DNA from: Klebsormidium nitens
Lineage: Eukaryota > Plantae > Klebsormidiophyceae
Assembly (NCBI GenBank): GCA_000708835.1
Contig: DF237010.1
Coordinates: 191,511 to 255,510 of the forward strand
Length of the DNA: 64,000 nt
Reading direction: 5' to 3'
In this document: one piece after another, positions 60,529 through 64,000 of the stretch
How positions within the stretch are numbered: the stretch's first letter is position 1
How the letters are laid out: every line of letters begins with the position of its first letter
Program-made: the position numbers and the translations under genes
The notes under the pieces: model-generated
What the model saw: the letters and a program-made list of their open reading frames with translations, nothing else
Database searches by the model: none
What the model was told of the DNA's origin: nothing

Positions 60529-63426
60529 ATGTCTCGCAAGCGCCCCCCGGAAGACGGCGCGATCCCCGAGCCTGATGCCAAGCGGGGGCCTGTGCCAGGC
60601 GGCAGTGGCAGGCCGCCCGCGCTGGAAGGTAGTCTCCTGCTTCCTGCAGCCCCCCCAGGGACCCTCCCTACATCTAGCAGTACCCCTGCTGGAGTGATTT
60701 CCCCAGCGCGCGCTGTACCGGGGGGCCCTGCCAGCGAAATGAATACAAGGGGGGTGGCAGAGGGGGGTCCGCCANNNNNNNNNNNNNNNNNNNNNNNNNN
60801 NNNNNNNNNNNNNNNNNNNNNNNNNNNNNNNNNNNNNNNNNNNNNNNNNNNNNNNNNNNNNNNNNNNNNNNNNNNNNNNNNNNNNNNNNNNNNNNNNNNN
60901 NNNNNNNNNNNNNNNNNNNNNNNNNNNNNNNNNNNNNNNNNNNNNNNNNNNNNNNNNNNNNNNNNNNNNNNNNNNNNNNNNNNNNNNNNNNNNNNNNNNN
61001 NNNNNNNNNNNNNNNNNNNNNNNNNNNNNNNNNNNNNNNNNNNNNNNNNNNNNNNNNNNNNNNNNNNNNNNNNNNNNNNNNNNNNNNNNNNNNNNNNNNN
61101 NNNNNNNNNNNNNNNNNNNNNNNNNNNNNNNNNNNNNNNNNNNNNNNNNNNNNNNNNNNNNNNNNNNNNNNNNNNNNNNNNNNNNNNNNNNNNNNNNNNN
61201 NNNNNNNNNNNNNNNNNNNNNNNNNNNNNNNNNNNNNNNNNNNNNNNNNNNNNNNNNNNNNNNNNNNNNNNNNNNNNNNNNNNNNNNNNNNNNNNNNNNN
61301 NNNNNNNNNNNNNNNNNNNNNNNNNNNNNNNNNNNNNNNNNNNNNNNNNNNNNNNNNNNNNNNNNNNNNNNNNNNNNNNNNNNNNNNNNNNNNNNNNNNN
61401 NNNNNNNNNNNNNNNNNNNNNNNNNNNNNNNNNNNNNNNNNNNNNNNNNNNNNNNNNNNNNNNNNNNNNNNNNNNNNNNNNNNNNNNNNNNNNNNNNNNN
61501 NNNNNNNNNNNNNNNNNNNNTCCGCCAGAGCGGAGCTTGGCGCCTATGACGGCAGGGGCAGGTGCACGGACAGTGGCGGCCCGTATGATGGGCAATGCGC
61601 TGCCGGGGGGGGGACCAGAGGACAGCAGCGGAAGTGCCACGGTGACGCACGGGGGGGCGGTGTGCCGAGGTGGACCGTCGGATGAAGAAGGTGAGGGAAG
61701 ACGTCCTGTGGGCGCACCCATGCTTTTCTTTGATGTGCCCATACCTTCCTTCAATAGCGTTTGGATTGGTTGAAGGCCAGAAAGCTGTGGACTTTGCTTT
61801 GAAAGCTCTAGCTGAACTATTGGAGGTGGAGTTGCCCCCATTGGTCTTCACATACTGACCTGTGGCATAATCTCTGGGGTTGCTCAAATGCAGATCAGAC
61901 GTCTTCAGAGGAGGAAGTGGAAGAGAACGGCGCAAAGTGGGGGGTGCCCCTTGCAGTAGATCTGACCCCCGAGGAGCTGGCGCGGAGGCGTGCCGCACAG
62001 ATGAAGCGGCTGCTCAAGCTATACAGGTGGGTGTGGCAGCAACCTCTGATCTTCTCGTCTTTCTGAGTTTGCTGTTGCTTCCTTGCAGGGATGATGGGAG
62101 TGTACAGGGCACACCGGCTTATTGTGTAAAGCTATGACTTCATGCTTTCATTCTCTTGCTCTCATTCTCATACATATGTTCTCATTCCTATGTACATGTT
62201 GCTGATTAAAGGTGTGTACCTGGCCAAACATGTGCAGGTTGCAGTACTGGGGCCTAATTGAAGAGATGCGGTCCAAGCACCGCCGTTACTTCCTGCGCCA
62301 AGGGACGAGTGGCTGGAAAGAGGAGGGGGAGGGGGCCGCAACCGAGGGAACAATGCGCCCCGTATGCAGCAAAGCAGGGTGTACAGACAGGGCCATGCCA
62401 GCCAGGTAAGCTAGTGGCTTCCACTCGCTTGTATGTTCCTACTCATTATTGTTTAGGGGTGATTGATGCGGTTGCAGATATCACCAATGTAGCGGAGACG
62501 GACAAGATGCCCTTCAGCCCTCCCGCACAGCTACTGTGTTTGTGTGCCAAATTAAGACCTGCATCTTGAGAAAGAAGGCGCAATTACCAAAGGAAAGTGA
62601 CCCAAAGCTATCGTCATGTTTGTCTCACGAGATTTGTTTTCTGGTGGTCCATCTTGGGCATGCCGCTCAAAGCTTGTGCTTTCAACTGCATGAACCTGAA
62701 GGTCCTTTTTTCCGCAGCTCGTTCTGCTTCCAGCACATCTTGTGCGACCCCCGGCAGCAGCTCTACTGTGCGTGTATCCACAGCCCCAGTCCTGACGAGC
62801 CCTGCCCCCGCCCTGTTCTGCGAGCGGTGGTCCCGGCACTCTGCGCTCAGCATGCGGTAAGCCAGACCTTGCATCTGCTGAGTGGCCTCATTGCAATGCT
62901 CGTCTTCAGAGGGACATATTCCAGTCGGACCAGATACCAACTCACAAGTCAAAGAATACTCTGCGATTCGAGTCCATGCAAGTTTTGTGTTTTGGCGGCG
63001 CCTACTCGGTTCCGGAATTCATTTTATAAAAACGATTTCCGAAACACGCTCCTCACCGTCGTTGCGACTGAGTGGAGTCCTTTTTGTGTCGTTCTGCTCC
63101 TCTGCTAAGTCCGATGGCAGAAGGTAGTTGAAGTGTCATAAGGTAACTTATTTCAAGTGACAATCAGATGCATATCCTCGCACCAATAATGGTGGCAAGG
63201 GGTGATAGGTTGATTAGAACGACCATCATTCGTGCAGGCTCTGCGCAAGACCAGCCAGTCCCCCCGCCAGCGGCCCAGCTCTGCCGGCAGCTCAGCCGGC
63301 GGGGCGACGTCTTCTTCCTCCATGCTCCCCGTCCCTCCAGTGCACGTGTTGATGAACGAATATATAAGAGTCTTGCAGAGACATAGAACAGTCACGGCAG
63401 CTTTAAAGCAAGAGGTTAAAACGTGA
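60529..63426 (+). CDS. KAT8 regulatory NSL complex subunit 2 / INO80 subunit D-like protein with zf-C3Hc3H domain, 5 exons; exon 1 spans an assembly gap
   Basis: Exons 60529-61690 (gap inside), 61894-62026, 62238-62405, 62718-62856, 63238-63426 have consistent phases. Motifs: LTPEELARRRAAQMKRLLKLYRLQYWGLIEEMRSKHRRY, C-SKAG-C..AMPASSF-C-FQ-H-ILCDPRQQLYCAC, and VHVLMNEYIRVLQRHR, all matching the plant KANSL2/INO80D-like family as recalled. Confidence 0.8.
60775..61520. other. Assembly gap (746 N)
   Basis: Run of N characters, flanked by GC-rich, G-run-containing coding sequence. Confidence 1.
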
Positions 63427-64000
63427 CTTTCGAAAGGACCTTGAGAGAGTTCAGACCTGCTTTATATGCCATGTGGAAAGACTTTCGATTGCTAGCACAA
63501 TGAAAGGTCTCAGATCTTTTGCAACTTTCCAGGCTTCGTACAACTTGTGGCTATATGCTCCATGGACCGTGTGACGATGAATGCCCGCGAGACATCATCC
63601 AACGTGCACGCGTGTATGTCTAACAGAAAGATACGTTATGTATGCATCGGATATCGTAGTTGACTGCGGCTAGCTAGCTTCAACAGCATGATGAATGCAA
63701 TCAAGTACATGTATAATCGAAGACGGTAAGCTATGCGCTCTGTGCGCAAAAGGTTGTCATATACAAAGTCTCGTGCGGGGGCCCCGCGGTCAATGTCCGA
63801 CCGGACTCCCGGCCAGGTCCGCATGTTCTACAACGTCCTTTTTGCATCGTAATTTTAGAAGTCTTGGTGCAACTTCAAACTACATTCACTCGCCACTTAG
63901 CCAAACCGACATTGGGAAGTGCCCGGGGGAAAGTACGGAACTCTGCAGAAAGTACCGCCAGGTCATTGCAGTGCCGCAGACTCAGGTGCACGGTCTGCAA

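Noticed and set aside
61670-61858. Protein-looking ORF KKVREDVLWAHPCFSL..LAELLE
   Set aside because: It begins at the donor G|GTGAGG (61691) and lies in intron 1 of the KANSL2-like gene. The flanking exons join in phase without it.
60453-61998. 416-509-aa ORFs spanning the N run
   Set aside because: Their length is an artefact of translating Ns. Only the plus frame of 60523 fits the KANSL2-like exon 1.

Overview
Compact, intron-rich eukaryotic nuclear DNA from a streptophyte green alga. The gene set and intron style fit a Klebsormidium-like charophyte; this is inferred, since no database search was run. By manual splicing I find 11 recognisable protein-coding genes plus one weak orphan, in this order: choline-transporter-like CTL/PNS1 (-), Fuzzy/FUZ (+), SHOC1/ZIP2 (-), V-ATPase subunit D (+), topoisomerase IB (-), syntaxin SYP81 (+), orphan (-), TORTIFOLIA1/SPIRAL2 (+), TPT-family nucleotide-sugar transporter (-), phosducin-like PhLP2/PDCL3 (+), plastid CGFS glutaredoxin (-) and a KANSL2/INO80D-like zf-C3Hc3H protein (+; 746-N assembly gap in exon 1). 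Most long ORFs in the supplied track are antisense shadows, and most real exons are too short to appear in it. Main highlights: (1) a complete 12-exon Fuzzy (CPLANE / Rab23-GEF subunit) gene largely invisible in the ORF track; (2) four introns in three genes that carry tandem copies of their own 3' splice site, usually with the first codons of the downstream exon, including a polarised array in the transporter; (3) an apparently intact meiotic crossover gene, SHOC1; (4) near-perfect head-to-head / tail-to-tail alternation of genes, with palindrome- and hairpin-dense islands at the tail-to-tail junctions; (5) a degenerate tRNA-Trp-like Pol III element. I saw no recognisable transposase, retroelement ORF, rRNA or CRISPR array.
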